Origin: Candidatus Acidiferrales bacterium | Lineage (GTDB): Bacteria; Acidobacteriota; Terriglobia; Acidiferrales; UBA7541 | Reading direction: 5' to 3' | Assembly: GCA_035650755.1 (NCBI GenBank) | Contig: DASRHB010000003.1 | Coordinates: 3,005-67,004 of the forward strand | Length of the DNA stretch: 64,000 bases | Shown here: positions 9,919-19,255 of the stretch, piece after piece | Layout of the letters: each line of letters starts with the position of its first letter | Position numbering within the stretch: the first letter of the stretch is position 1 | Position numbers and translations under genes: made by a program | Notes under the pieces: generated by a model | Told to the model about the DNA's origin: nothing | Databases searched by the model: none | What the model saw: only the letters and a program-made list of their open reading frames with translations

Positions 9919-10575
9919 TTAGTAGGACATCGACCAGCCGAGAAACGTCATGGACAGCAGCACCAGCAGCGCCGCCAGGCTGATCAGGCTTAATACTCGG
10001 CCATGGCCGAGCAGGGAATCGCGGGTTAACGGATTCCAGCAAAGAAGCACGAGCACGAGTGTGACGGTGAGCCAGGCCAGGCTTGAAGGCAACCCGGGAT
10101 ATTTCGAAATTCGCGCAAGAAAGCTATCGGGCGGCTGTCCGGCTGGTATCCACCAGGGAATAATCGGCGCCACGGAAGTGACCAGGACAAACGTCAGCAG
10201 TTTGCGCGTGATCCAGCCTTTGATCTTATGTTCGGTCTGCCGCGCCGGCCGCGAGTTACGCCAGATGAAATAGTCCCAGGCGAGGATCCCGATAATGATC
10301 GGCGCCCAACCGTAAAGCGAAGCCTTTTCGTCCAGCCACATCCAGCCTCGGAAGATCGCCCCATCATGGCGGTTCACAATTCGTGGCAGCAGAAACCAGC
10401 ACACCAGCGAATTACAAAATGTGGCGAGCCCCAGGGTAAGCAGGGCTGTGAGTTGCAGCCAATGGCGCGCCGGCGCCGATCCGCAACTGGAGCAGATAGG
10501 CCGCTTGGGCGCGTAGACCTCTCCACAGCGTTCGCAGAAGAGATGATCTTCAACGGAAGCAGCTACAGAGCCCAT
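9919..10575 (-). CDS. Membrane protein with N-terminal zinc-ribbon (CxxC...CxxC)
   Basis: CERCGEVYAPKRPICSSCG motif followed by about 5 hydrophobic helices. The ATG at 10575 lies 9 nt after GGAG. The longer ORF starts at a GTG at 10584. Confidence 0.55.
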   Translation of the reverse strand: MGSVAASVEDHLFCERCGEVYAPKRPICSSCGSAPARHWLQLTALLTLGLATFCNSLVCWFLLPRIVNRHDGAIFRGWMWLDEKASLYGWAPIIIGILAWDYFIWRNSRPARQTEHKIKGWITRKLLTFVLVTSVAPIIPWWIPAGQPPDSFLARISKYPGLPSSLAWLTVTLVLVLLCWNPLTRDSLLGHGRVLSLISLAALLVLLSMTFLGWSMSY

Positions 10576-11192
10576 GGCGCACACTCCTGGGAATAACGCG
10601 AGCGTCTCAGCATAGTTCGCCCGGGTCGCGGCCCTCTACTGGTCCGGGGAACCGTGCGGGGACAGGTTTTCGGTGGCTGCCCCAGTGGCCAAACAAACCT
10701 GTACCGCTCTTGCATACCCCCATCGGACCGGAGTGTCCCGCGTGGACGAATGCGCGTGATTTCTCCGAGCTTTAGGCTGGACACGCACCACGATGAGGGC
10801 CCAATTACACCGATCACCGTATGGTCCAGATGGCGGGCGATGGGGTATTTAGTGGACTTATGTAAGCGTGCACCAGACAATCATCGTGAGGCCAAGCGAC
10901 CATCATACCTTCGAGACGCGTGGCCCGCGTATTTGAGGCCCATCGAGGCGAGGTCTTCTGACTTACCGGCAAAGGAAGTCGGACCCGATCCGAATCGAAG
11001 AAGGCAGCTGAATGCTTACCAGCCGGCACCAGCTCCCACTCATGATCTCGAGCCACAGCTCCCGAGCGAGCCGGCATAGCACCTTAAAGCGCAATTGCAG
11101 TTAGGAGTGCACATCATTTTATTGCCACCTACCAGCGGCCTAAGGCCTGAGGCAAGCCGGCACAATTCTGCTCGTCCGCCCGAGGAATTGAA

Positions 11193-13523
11193 ATGAGATT
11201 CAGCTTACGGCTGATGCTTCCGGTGATCGTGTGTATCGCACTGGTCTCTGGCCTGTTTGCCTATTATCAGGAGCAGGATCAGGAACAGGCGTTGCACAAA
11301 GAACTGGATCAGCGCGCCAGCCTCGCGGCGTTCAGCCTTGCCGACGGCTTACAGCCGATGCTCGACCGAAATGCCTCCACGGCTGAGCTGCGCCGCGTGC
11401 TGAATCGGTTGAGCTCACGCGAGCGTATTGTCGGTGCGGCAATACTCGATGACGCCGGCAAGAGTGTGGCTGTGACCGAGCGTCTGCCTGCTGTTTTGGA
11501 GGAGGCGTTTCCGATACTCGCGCCCAAGGTGGATCCGCAGAACCCTGACGGCGTGGGTGTCTTTCTGAGGTTAGGTACGCGTTACTATCACGCGCAAACG
11601 CTTTCGCTTCACGAGGGCAATGGCAAAGCGCTGGGCCTGCTGGTCTTTCATGATGCCGATTTTATCCGTCAGCAAAGCGCGGTCATCTGGCACCAGACCT
11701 TGATTCACGTTTCGCTCGAAGTCCTGCTGATCGTGCTGATCACGTTCTTGATCATTCGCTGGAGTTTGATGGGGCCCATCACGAAAGCGGCGCAATGGCT
11801 GAAAGCGTTGCGCAGCGGAAAGCCCGGGGAACTGCTTGCCCCCAAGAGCGAACTGCTGGGGCCGCTTGCCAAAGAGATGGAAGGCGTCGTGAAATCTTTG
11901 CAGGAGGCGCGCGCCGCGGCCGAACGGGAAGCGCGTCTCCGCGAAAGCGCCGAATCGTTGTGGACCTCCGACCGGCTTTCTGTCCACGTTCGCAAACGGT
12001 TACAGAGCCGCCGTCTTGTCGTGGTGTCCAATCGCGAGCCTTACATCCACACCCGGCAGAACGGCAGCCTGGAAATCATGATTCCGGCCAGTGGTCTGGT
12101 CACGGCGCTGGAGCCGATTCTCCGTTCCTGCGATGGCACCTGGATCGCCGAAGCCAGCGGCGATGCCGACCGCGAGACCGTGGATGAGCACGACCGCCTG
12201 CGCGTGCCGCCTGCCGAACCGCAGTACACCTTGCGTCGCGTTTGGCTCAGCAAGGAACAGGAAAACGGATATTACTTCGGATTTGCCAACGAAGGTCTGT
12301 GGCCGCTATGTCACATCGCGCATACACGGCCGATCTTTCGCTCTGAAAACTGGGAGTGCTATCGCGAGGTTAACCGCAAATTCGCCGATGCCGTTCTCCA
12401 AGAGATCGCCGACACCGAGAAGCCCTTTATCCTCGCGCAGGATTATCATTTCGCGCTCTTGCCGCGCATGATCAAAGACGCGCGCCCAGACGCGCGCGTC
12501 GCGATTTTCTGGCACATCCCGTGGCCCAACGCGGAAGCTTTTGGCATCTGCCCCTGGGAACGCGAGCTTGTGGATGGTTTGCTCGGCGCCGATCTCGTCG
12601 GCTTCCACATTCAAAATCATTGCATTAATTTCCTGGAGACGGTGGATCATGCCGTCGAGTGCCGCATCGAGTGGGAAAGCTCGACTGTGAATCGCGGCGG
12701 CCATCTGACGCGCGTACGGCCGTTCCCGATCAGCATTGATTTCACCGATGGCCGCGATGCCGACGCGCGCGAATCGCCGTATGTGGATCGCGCCGCGCTG
12801 CTGGCGGGAGTGGGCGTTCAGGCCAAATTCATGGGTATCGGCGTGGACCGCGTGGATTACACCAAGGGAATTCTCGAACGCTTCCGCGGCATCGAACGCT
12901 TTCTTGAGAAATATCCGTACTACCAGGGCAAATTCACGTTCGTGCAGATCGGCGCCCCCAGCCGCATGCAGATCAAGCGTTATCTCGAACTGTACGCCGA
13001 CGTCGAGGCCGAAGCGAATCGCATCAACCGGCACTTCATGACCAATCAGTGGAAGCCCATCGTGCTGCTCAAGCGTCACCACAGCCATCAGGAAATTGAA
13101 CGCTTCTATCGGGCTTCCGATTTGTGCCTGGTTACCTCACTGCATGACGGAATGAACCTTGTCGCCAAGGAGTATGTCGCCGCGCGCGATGATGAACGCG
13201 GTGTGTTGATCCTGAGCCGATTTGCCGGTGCCAGCCGCGAACTTCATGATGCGCTGATTGTGAATCCATACGATACCGAGCGGATTGCCGACGCCATTCA
13301 CAACGCGCTGGAAATGACGGCGCCGGAGATCGAACGCCGCATGCAGTCGCTGCGCCGCACCGTGCGCGAGCACAACATCTATCGATGGGCCGCGAACCTG
13401 ATCAGCGAGCTCGCGGAAATTCGCCTGGGTGCGCCTGCGGAACCGAAAGCACGCGCGCTGGCGCCCGCGTCCAAGCCGCCAGCCGATGTGCCGCCGGTCG
13501 AAATCGACGCCGCGTCGCTGTAA
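11193..13523 (+). CDS. otsA: Trehalose-6-phosphate synthase (GT20) with N-terminal TM-sensor-TM-HAMP-like extension
   Basis: From about aa 275, VVSNREPY...GGLVTALEP-like...YYFGFANEGLWPLCH...ILAQDYHFALLP...IFWHIPWP...LLGADLVGFH...LVTSLHDGMNLVAKEY are GT20/OtsA signatures. The first ~270 aa contain two hydrophobic helices and an amphipathic linker. Confidence 0.9.
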   Translation: MRFSLRLMLPVIVCIALVSGLFAYYQEQDQEQALHKELDQRASLAAFSLADGLQPMLDRNASTAELRRVLNRLSSRERIVGAAILDDAGKSVAVTERLPAVLEEAFPILAPKVDPQNPDGVGVFLRLGTRYYHAQTLSLHEGNGKALGLLVFHDADFIRQQSAVIWHQTLIHVSLEVLLIVLITFLIIRWSLMGPITKAAQWLKALRSGKPGELLAPKSELLGPLAKEMEGVVKSLQEARAAAEREARLRESAESLWTSDRLSVHVRKRLQSRRLVVVSNREPYIHTRQNGSLEIMIPASGLVTALEPILRSCDGTWIAEASGDADRETVDEHDRLRVPPAEPQYTLRRVWLSKEQENGYYFGFANEGLWPLCHIAHTRPIFRSENWECYREVNRKFADAVLQEIADTEKPFILAQDYHFALLPRMIKDARPDARVAIFWHIPWPNAEAFGICPWERELVDGLLGADLVGFHIQNHCINFLETVDHAVECRIEWESSTVNRGGHLTRVRPFPISIDFTDGRDADARESPYVDRAALLAGVGVQAKFMGIGVDRVDYTKGILERFRGIERFLEKYPYYQGKFTFVQIGAPSRMQIKRYLELYADVEAEANRINRHFMTNQWKPIVLLKRHHSHQEIERFYRASDLCLVTSLHDGMNLVAKEYVAARDDERGVLILSRFAGASRELHDALIVNPYDTERIADAIHNALEMTAPEIERRMQSLRRTVREHNIYRWAANLISELAEIRLGAPAEPKARALAPASKPPADVPPVEIDAASL

Positions 13524-13653
13524 TCCTGACAACTGCCTGTGTTCACCCAGCGCGAATCTGGACTTGCACTACTTGCTGCTCGGGGCCATCTGATTTAGAG
13601 GAAGCGCCGCGTCGGTTATTACAGCCGGCGCAGAATACAGAAAGGGGAAAACC

Positions 13654-14424
13654 ATGCCGGCAGTTGCGGGAGTTTTCAAATCGCGTTCGGACGCCGAGCG
13701 CGGTGTTGCCAAGCTCAGGACCATAGGAGTTCCCACCGATCGTATCAACGTGCTGACGCCGCACGCTACCGAACAGGAGCTAGCCGCCGTGCCGACTTCG
13801 CAGGGCGAACAGCCCGGCATGGTAAAGACCCTAACTGCCCTTACGGGAGGCGCGTTGGGCGCCGGTATTGGCGAAATGGTAGCGACAATGATTTTGCCCG
13901 GGGTGGGCTTCGTCCTTGCGCTCGGCATAGCCGGCGGGGCTCTGCTGGGCATCATCGGAGGCGGAGCGGTTGGTAGCGAGGCGGAAAAAACAATCTTCGC
14001 CTCATTGCCCGAGGAAGAGTTGTTCGTTTATGAAGACGCGCTCCGGCACGGTCGCAGCCTGGTGATTGCTCGCGTCGACGATCAAATGGCTGAAGCCGCG
14101 CGCGGCGCCTTTGACGATGCCGGTGCCGAAAGTGTGGACCGGGCGCGCGAGATGTGGTGGATTGGCTTGCGCGACGTCGAAAAAGAACATTACTCGGCCG
14201 ACGGCAAGAACTTCGAGGAAGACGAGCCGCACTTCCGCTCCGGTTTCGAAGGGGCGCTGCTCCCCGGTTGCCGCGATAAATCTTACGATCAGGCCCGCGA
14301 AAGCCTGCGCGCGCGTTATCCCGACAGATACGACACGGCTCCCTTCCGCCATGGTTACGAACGCGGCATCGTGTATCGCCGCGCCCTGCAGAAGCGGCGC
14401 GGAGCCAGCAGCGCGGACATGTGA
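13654..14424 (+). CDS. Hypothetical stress-type protein with central glycine-zipper membrane segment
   Basis: The N-terminus (GVFKSRSDAERGVAKLRTIGVPTDRINVL) resembles the general-stress-protein 17M/YflT-like domain. The centre is GGALGAGIGEMVATMILPGVGFVLALGIAGGALLGIIGGGAVG. The ATG follows AAAGGGGA. Confidence 0.55.
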   Translation: MPAVAGVFKSRSDAERGVAKLRTIGVPTDRINVLTPHATEQELAAVPTSQGEQPGMVKTLTALTGGALGAGIGEMVATMILPGVGFVLALGIAGGALLGIIGGGAVGSEAEKTIFASLPEEELFVYEDALRHGRSLVIARVDDQMAEAARGAFDDAGAESVDRAREMWWIGLRDVEKEHYSADGKNFEEDEPHFRSGFEGALLPGCRDKSYDQARESLRARYPDRYDTAPFRHGYERGIVYRRALQKRRGASSADM

Positions 14425-14584
14425 AGAGGCGCATCGCGTGCCTTCGTGGCGTGCGTAAACTCTATAACGATGTGAGAGTTTGGGTCGTATGGCTGTGCAT
14501 GATTACGTGAGTTAAGCTTTCCGCGTATTCGCCATCGTTTCGCCGGTTTTCTGCAGCAAATTTGGAAATTGTGTGTCGCTGCAC

Positions 14585-14612
14585 TTGACTCACCTTAGTT
14601 AGCTTCTAAGAT
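14585..14612 (+). promoter_or_regulatory. Candidate sigma70-type promoter for the DUF4382 gene
   Basis: TTGACT (14585-14590), a 16-nt spacer, then TAAGAT (14607-14612), about 65 nt upstream of the ATG at 14678. Pattern match only. Confidence 0.25.
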
Positions 14613-14677
14613 TTCATTGCGCGCTCTTTCCCCGCCCGGGCGTTGCTTCCGTTTCCAATTCTCACTGGAGCTGATCG

Positions 14678-16180
14678 ATGCTCTCTTTCGGGCGGTATCT
14701 CTCGCACAAACGAATCATCGCAAATCGCAATTTTCCTGTTTGGCTGGCGGGATTGGCTGGTTTTCTCGCGCTGGGCATAGCGGTTGTGAGTTGTGGCGGC
14801 GGCCCCACAACCAGTTCCACCACAGGCACCGGTTCGATCACCGTGAATCTCACGGATCCCCCAAGTTGCGCGTTTCCCAATGGCTTGATTGATCACGTTT
14901 GGGTGACCATCAACTCGGTCCAGGCGCACATGAGCGCGAGCGCCGGAGATAATTCGCCGGGCTGGGTGGAGCTCGCACCGCAGCTCAACTCCGTGCCCAA
15001 GCAGATCGATCTTTTTTCGCTCGCCTCGAACGCATGCTTGCTCACAACCCTGGGCAACACATCACTGCCAGCCGGAACGTATCAACAGATTCGGCTGATG
15101 CTCGTTTCTAATAGCGGACAAGCCGGAGCAACGTCGCCGCCAGCCTGCCAGGGCCAGGGATTCAATTGCGTGGTGCTCCACGACGGCAGCGTGCATCAGT
15201 TGCTACTCTCCAGTCAGGCCAACACCGGCCTCAAAATTCCGCCGGGACAGATCATCGGTGGACCTATCTCCGTGGGAGCAGGGCAGTCGGTTGATTTGAA
15301 TATCAATTTCAATACCTGCGCCTCGCTCGTTCAGGAAGGGACCGGCCAGTTTCGCTTGAAACCGGCGCTTACCGCAGGGCAGGTGAGCACAAACACTACG
15401 GGCATCAGTGGGAGGATCGTTGACGCCACGACTCAAGCGCCGATATCGGTGGGCGCAAGTGGGGCCGTGCTGGTTGCGCTAGAGCAGCCGGATGCGACGG
15501 GGACAGACGTGATCCTTCGTGAGACGACCGCCGACGCCGCCGGGAACTTCAATTTTTGCCCGCTTCCCTCGGGTCCGACTTACGACGTGGTGGCCGTAGC
15601 TATCAACGCGAACGGAGCCGCGTATAACGCGACGATTGCCGTGAACGTGCCCAATGGAATGAGCCTCAATCCCATTCCTTTAAGCATCGAAACGTCGTCG
15701 CCCAATACGCCCGTGATTTTTCAGGGCGTAGTGAGCGCGACGGGCGGGAGCGCGTCGATCGATGCCAGCGTTTCTGCATTGCAGGCGCTCACGCTGCCGA
15801 ATATAGGCACGCGGTCATTCACAATTCCAGCGGAAGCCGGGAATAGTTCGGTTTCGAACATTTCGGTCGTGTCGAACACGTTGTGTCCGTCCGGCGCGCC
15901 CTCAAACACGAATTGCGCGATGTATAGCTTGGTCGAGCCGGCCAGCAATCCGCGCTTTGCAGTATTCGCCAATGGAGCCATTTCGCCCTATTCATTACCT
16001 GTGACGGGTCTTGTGCCGTACTCGATCCGCGCAGATGCCGCTGTCCCTCTCGGAGGAGGAACGAGTTCCTGCTCACCTTCATCGATTACTGTAAATACTG
16101 ATACGAATGGCAATGCGCTCAACGCTTTCGGCGGAGCCGTCGTGCCCGTTAAAACGATCGGCTTCTCCGGGTGCAGTTGA
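14678..16180 (+). CDS. DUF4382-type lipoprotein
   Basis: Lipobox AVVSC|GGG. GSITVNLTDPP...VWVTINSVQAHMS...WVELAPQL...KQIDLFSL...LPAGTYQQIRLML matches my memory of the DUF4382 family. A carboxypeptidase-regulatory-like segment follows (ISGRIVDATTQAPI). Confidence 0.7.
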   Translation: MLSFGRYLSHKRIIANRNFPVWLAGLAGFLALGIAVVSCGGGPTTSSTTGTGSITVNLTDPPSCAFPNGLIDHVWVTINSVQAHMSASAGDNSPGWVELAPQLNSVPKQIDLFSLASNACLLTTLGNTSLPAGTYQQIRLMLVSNSGQAGATSPPACQGQGFNCVVLHDGSVHQLLLSSQANTGLKIPPGQIIGGPISVGAGQSVDLNINFNTCASLVQEGTGQFRLKPALTAGQVSTNTTGISGRIVDATTQAPISVGASGAVLVALEQPDATGTDVILRETTADAAGNFNFCPLPSGPTYDVVAVAINANGAAYNATIAVNVPNGMSLNPIPLSIETSSPNTPVIFQGVVSATGGSASIDASVSALQALTLPNIGTRSFTIPAEAGNSSVSNISVVSNTLCPSGAPSNTNCAMYSLVEPASNPRFAVFANGAISPYSLPVTGLVPYSIRADAAVPLGGGTSSCSPSSITVNTDTNGNALNAFGGAVVPVKTIGFSGCS

Positions 16181-16404
16181 GGTGCTATCGCTGCGATTAG
16201 GGTTGCGCCGGCCCTTTGATCTTCGGATCCAAGTCTGCCGGATTGCCGACCGCCTTCACATACTCGATGGTGTCGGCGCGAATGCAGAGCTTCTCGTCGA
16301 AGAGTTGATTGGGAGTCAGCGGAAATAAGCCGTGCCAAGGGAGAACGGTTTAGAAGTTCACGTCTGATAGCGCTTGAGATATGAGCCGGTTGCTGACTCT
16401 GAAA

Positions 16405-16608
16405 TCACGATGCTAATAATGATGGGAATACAGCCACTGGAACTTCGTGTTGCAAACGACGTTGACGCGGCAATCTGCCCCACAGCGCCAAGACAATGAC
16501 GATTGCCAGGACAATTACGATCAGACAAACCCACGGCACTGCGTTCGGGTGGAGCTTAAGATCAGGTGGCGCTCCAATCGGCGGGCAAATACGTCTGGCA
16601 TGTGGCAT
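16405..16608 (-). CDS. Possible small single-TM protein
   Basis: 67-aa ORF with one strong hydrophobic helix (VPWVCLIVIVLAIVIVLALWG), GGGGAG just upstream of the ATG, and 65 nt downstream of the VOC gene. No homology recognised. Confidence 0.3.
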   Translation of the reverse strand: MPHARRICPPIGAPPDLKLHPNAVPWVCLIVIVLAIVIVLALWGRLPRQRRLQHEVPVAVFPSLLAS

Positions 16609-16673
16609 GTTCTCCCCACTTATCTATTAGAGGGGGGAAAACCTCGAGACGGCCCTATTGCAGTGTGTGCGGA

Positions 16674-17141
16674 TCAGGATTGACTTACAACTGCGGCAGC
16701 AGCGCGCTTCTTCATTTCGTCCGGCGAGACGTCCTCTTTATGTGTAGCAATCGTCCATTGATGGCCAAAGGGATCGCTCAGCGTGCCGGTCCGGTCGCCA
16801 TAAAACTGGTCTTTTATCGGGCGCAGCATTTTGGCGCCCGCTGCGACCGCGCGCGTGGTTATCGCGTCTACGTCCTCGACGTAGAGCAGGATGCTCACGG
16901 GCGTGCCGCCCAACGACATCGGGCTTCGTGCGCCGATCTCGGGGAATTCATCGGCAAGCATGATTCGCGAATCACCCATCTGCAGTTCAGCATGCCCGAT
17001 CCGTCCGTCGGGATGGGGGATGCGCATCAATTCTCTCGCTCCGAAGGCATGTTTATAAAACTCGATCGCGCTCGCGGCGCCGGTGACAATGAGATAAGGC
17101 GTAATACTGTGGTATCCCTCAGGAATTGGTCTCGGAGGCAT
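16674..17141 (-). CDS. VOC / glyoxalase-family (PhnB-like) protein
   Basis: GYHSITPYLIVTGAASAIEFYKHAFGA...HAELQMGDSRIMLADEFPE...DQFYGDRTGTLSDPFGHQWTIATH is a classic PhnB-like VOC signature. Confidence 0.9.
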   Translation of the reverse strand: MPPRPIPEGYHSITPYLIVTGAASAIEFYKHAFGARELMRIPHPDGRIGHAELQMGDSRIMLADEFPEIGARSPMSLGGTPVSILLYVEDVDAITTRAVAAGAKMLRPIKDQFYGDRTGTLSDPFGHQWTIATHKEDVSPDEMKKRAAAAVVSQS

Positions 17142-17286
17142 GTTTTTTCCTCATAAATCGCCGGCAACTGTTTTGATCGGCAGCCAACATCAGAGCGCGT
17201 CCGTAGGCGCGCCGCATTTCACTCTAATAATGATACCGGGCGGGGAACCGGATTGAAAAGGGGACTTCGAACTGAATGATTCTGCG

Positions 17287-17958
17287 TCAGCGTTGGCCAA
17301 ACGTGTAGCCGACATTGATCATGAATTGCAGCACGGCATTGCGGCCGAATTCGTCGGTCAGATGCGTCGCATAATGTATGTCGAATTGCGGTTTGGCGAA
17401 GAGATTGCCATGTATGTAGACCTTCATGCCAATTGCGCCGTGTAATTGAAAATGGCTCGTGTCTGATCCCGCGGAAAAGCCGGATGTGGTCGTCACTCCG
17501 GTTAGAGAAGTGGGTTGCGAGAAATATAGCTTGATCTTCGCGCCGCCAAATCCGCCTTCGAGGAAAGGAATAAACCGTCCTTTGCTGGAGAAGGGCTCCC
17601 AAACCGCATTCAAATCGTAAAACGTGGGACGCATCACCAGGCTGTCATTCGGCAGATAAGGAGCGCGCCGGATTTTGAATGCGTATTCGCCATCGACGCC
17701 GAGATGCTTCTTGAACATCACTGTGACGCCGAAGCCGCCAAAGAGGCCGCCCATGGTCGGCCCTGCTTCACAGATCACGCCGTCAAAGATCTGACCGGTG
17801 GGACATCCGTCGTTTACGCTCGTTCCCACGGAATCGCGCGCCGAGCCCAGGCCGAAGTACGGGCTTACGCCCAGACCCTGCGCGCGAGCGAGGTTTGTCA
17901 CCGCCAGCACGAGCGCGCACACCGCCAGCAACACTCTTATACCGAGTTTCGAAAGCAC
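17287..17958 (-). CDS. Outer-membrane beta-barrel (porin-family) protein, paralogue 1
   Basis: Signal peptide ending ARAQG, alternating beta-strand pattern, and C-terminal ...INVGYTFGQR. I prefer the GTG at 17958 (GAGGGA 5 nt upstream), which gives (M)LSKLGIR... in parallel with the paralogue. The longer ORF starts at 17994. Confidence 0.7.
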   Translation of the reverse strand: MLSKLGIRVLLAVCALVLAVTNLARAQGLGVSPYFGLGSARDSVGTSVNDGCPTGQIFDGVICEAGPTMGGLFGGFGVTVMFKKHLGVDGEYAFKIRRAPYLPNDSLVMRPTFYDLNAVWEPFSSKGRFIPFLEGGFGGAKIKLYFSQPTSLTGVTTTSGFSAGSDTSHFQLHGAIGMKVYIHGNLFAKPQFDIHYATHLTDEFGRNAVLQFMINVGYTFGQR

Positions 17959-18089
17959 ACTATTCCCTCGGGCTTCTCTTCCACGCTTCGACACTTACGT
18001 ATTGATGTTGAATACAGTTGCGGCGAGATCCTCGCCTCTTCCGTGATTGGGCAGCCAGAGGTTTCGGCGTAAACAAATCGAGCCGCTTT

Positions 18090-18788
18090 TTAATGCTGGC
18101 CGAAACTGTAGCCGACAGCTACTGTGTATTCGGGCACCCAGTTGCGCCCGAATTGATCGGTCAGGTGAGTGACATAGTGGATATCGAACTGCGGCTTGAT
18201 GAAAATGTTTCCTTTGACGTAAAGCTTCACGCCCAGCGCGCCGTGGACCTGAAAATGATTCGCGTTCAGTCCTGCCGGATAAGTAAAGGTGCTGGTGATG
18301 CCCGTGATTGAAACAGTCTGTGCCTGATAAAGGGCTATCCTCGCACCGCCGATGCCTCCCTCGACGACGGGAACGATGCGGCTGTCAGATCCCGAGATAG
18401 GCTCATACACCACATTGAAATCATAGAACCCGGGGCGGAACTTCAATCCGGCATTCGGGAGATAATTGGCTTGGGCGAAACGGAATGCATATTCGCCATT
18501 GAATCCCAGGTGCGGTTTCAACATGAAGTCGGCGCCGAACACGCCGAAAACACCGCCGATCGTTGGACCCGCTTCGCAAAGGCCCGTGAAGTCATCCCAA
18601 AGTTGGCCCTTCGGGCAAGTTACCGGCAATCCCGTGACGCTGTCGATCGCATTGATACTGGTTCCCGCGGAATCGCTGGCGGAACCAAGGCCAAAGTAAG
18701 CGCTCAGGCCCTGCGCGTGCAGATCAGTCAGACTTCCCAACAGCAGCGTAGATAGCAGCAGAAATGTTCCGATCTTGAGTTTGGACAA
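18090..18788 (-). CDS. Outer-membrane beta-barrel (porin-family) protein, paralogue 2
   Basis: Clearly similar to 17287-17958 along its whole length (GLG.A.DS.GTS...CP.GQ...CEAGPT.GG.FG...GEYAF...FYD.N.V.EP...PQFDIHY.THLTD.FGRN). The TTG at 18788 lies 5 nt after AAGGAGA. The 369-aa ORF-track version has an implausible Arg/Cys-rich N-terminal extension. Confidence 0.7.
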   Translation of the reverse strand: MSKLKIGTFLLLSTLLLGSLTDLHAQGLSAYFGLGSASDSAGTSINAIDSVTGLPVTCPKGQLWDDFTGLCEAGPTIGGVFGVFGADFMLKPHLGFNGEYAFRFAQANYLPNAGLKFRPGFYDFNVVYEPISGSDSRIVPVVEGGIGGARIALYQAQTVSITGITSTFTYPAGLNANHFQVHGALGVKLYVKGNIFIKPQFDIHYVTHLTDQFGRNWVPEYTVAVGYSFGQH

Positions 18789-19255
18789 GAAACTCTCCTT
18801 TTGAACTCCGCTTTTTTCTGATTTGTATCTACCCCTGGGAATTAGAGCAACCTCGTCGTGCGCGGGTTGCACGTCATCGCATGCCTGCCCCGCCGCCGAA
18901 CGAAAATATGCCGCGGCATGGCGCACCCGCCGAAGCTGAGCGTGCACTAGCATAACCAATCGGCGGCCTTGTGCCAATCCGGTTTTCGCGCGGCATCTGT
19001 GCAAACGCCGGAGCGGTACATCAGTCGCGGATATTAACTGTATAAGTGGCGCATGGGTTCTGGAGCACAATCGGGAGACCATTCTCGCGCACTCCAGCCG
19101 CGGATATTTTGCCCTTTGCGCAGCGCAGGTTCGCGTGTAACATGGCGCCCGCAATCCGAAGCCATACCTCGGCCTCTCCCCGCGGCTGACCGTAAGCACA
19201 GAGGATCAATCTAATCGTACGGATGTGATGTTTATTCGCTGCGGGGACGACTACA

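Noticed and set aside
10654-11079. 141-aa ORF in the otsA upstream region, including a stretch (about 10970-11030) faintly reminiscent of SRP or RNase P RNA motifs
   Set aside because: The ORF has non-protein-like composition and no RBS. The RNA resemblance is limited to short GGAAG-type strings, without the conserved helices I would expect. It is kept only as a long non-coding region finding.
12306-13088. 260-aa minus-strand ORF inside otsA
   Set aside because: It is antisense to a confidently identified GT20 domain. Its composition is typical of GC-rich shadow frames, and it has no RBS or family resemblance.
18789-19199. N-terminal ~136-codon extension of the second beta-barrel ORF
   Set aside because: The extension is Arg/Cys/Ala-rich, has no signal peptide, and lies upstream of a good AAGGAGA-TTG start. 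The TTG start gives an N-terminus parallel to the paralogue.
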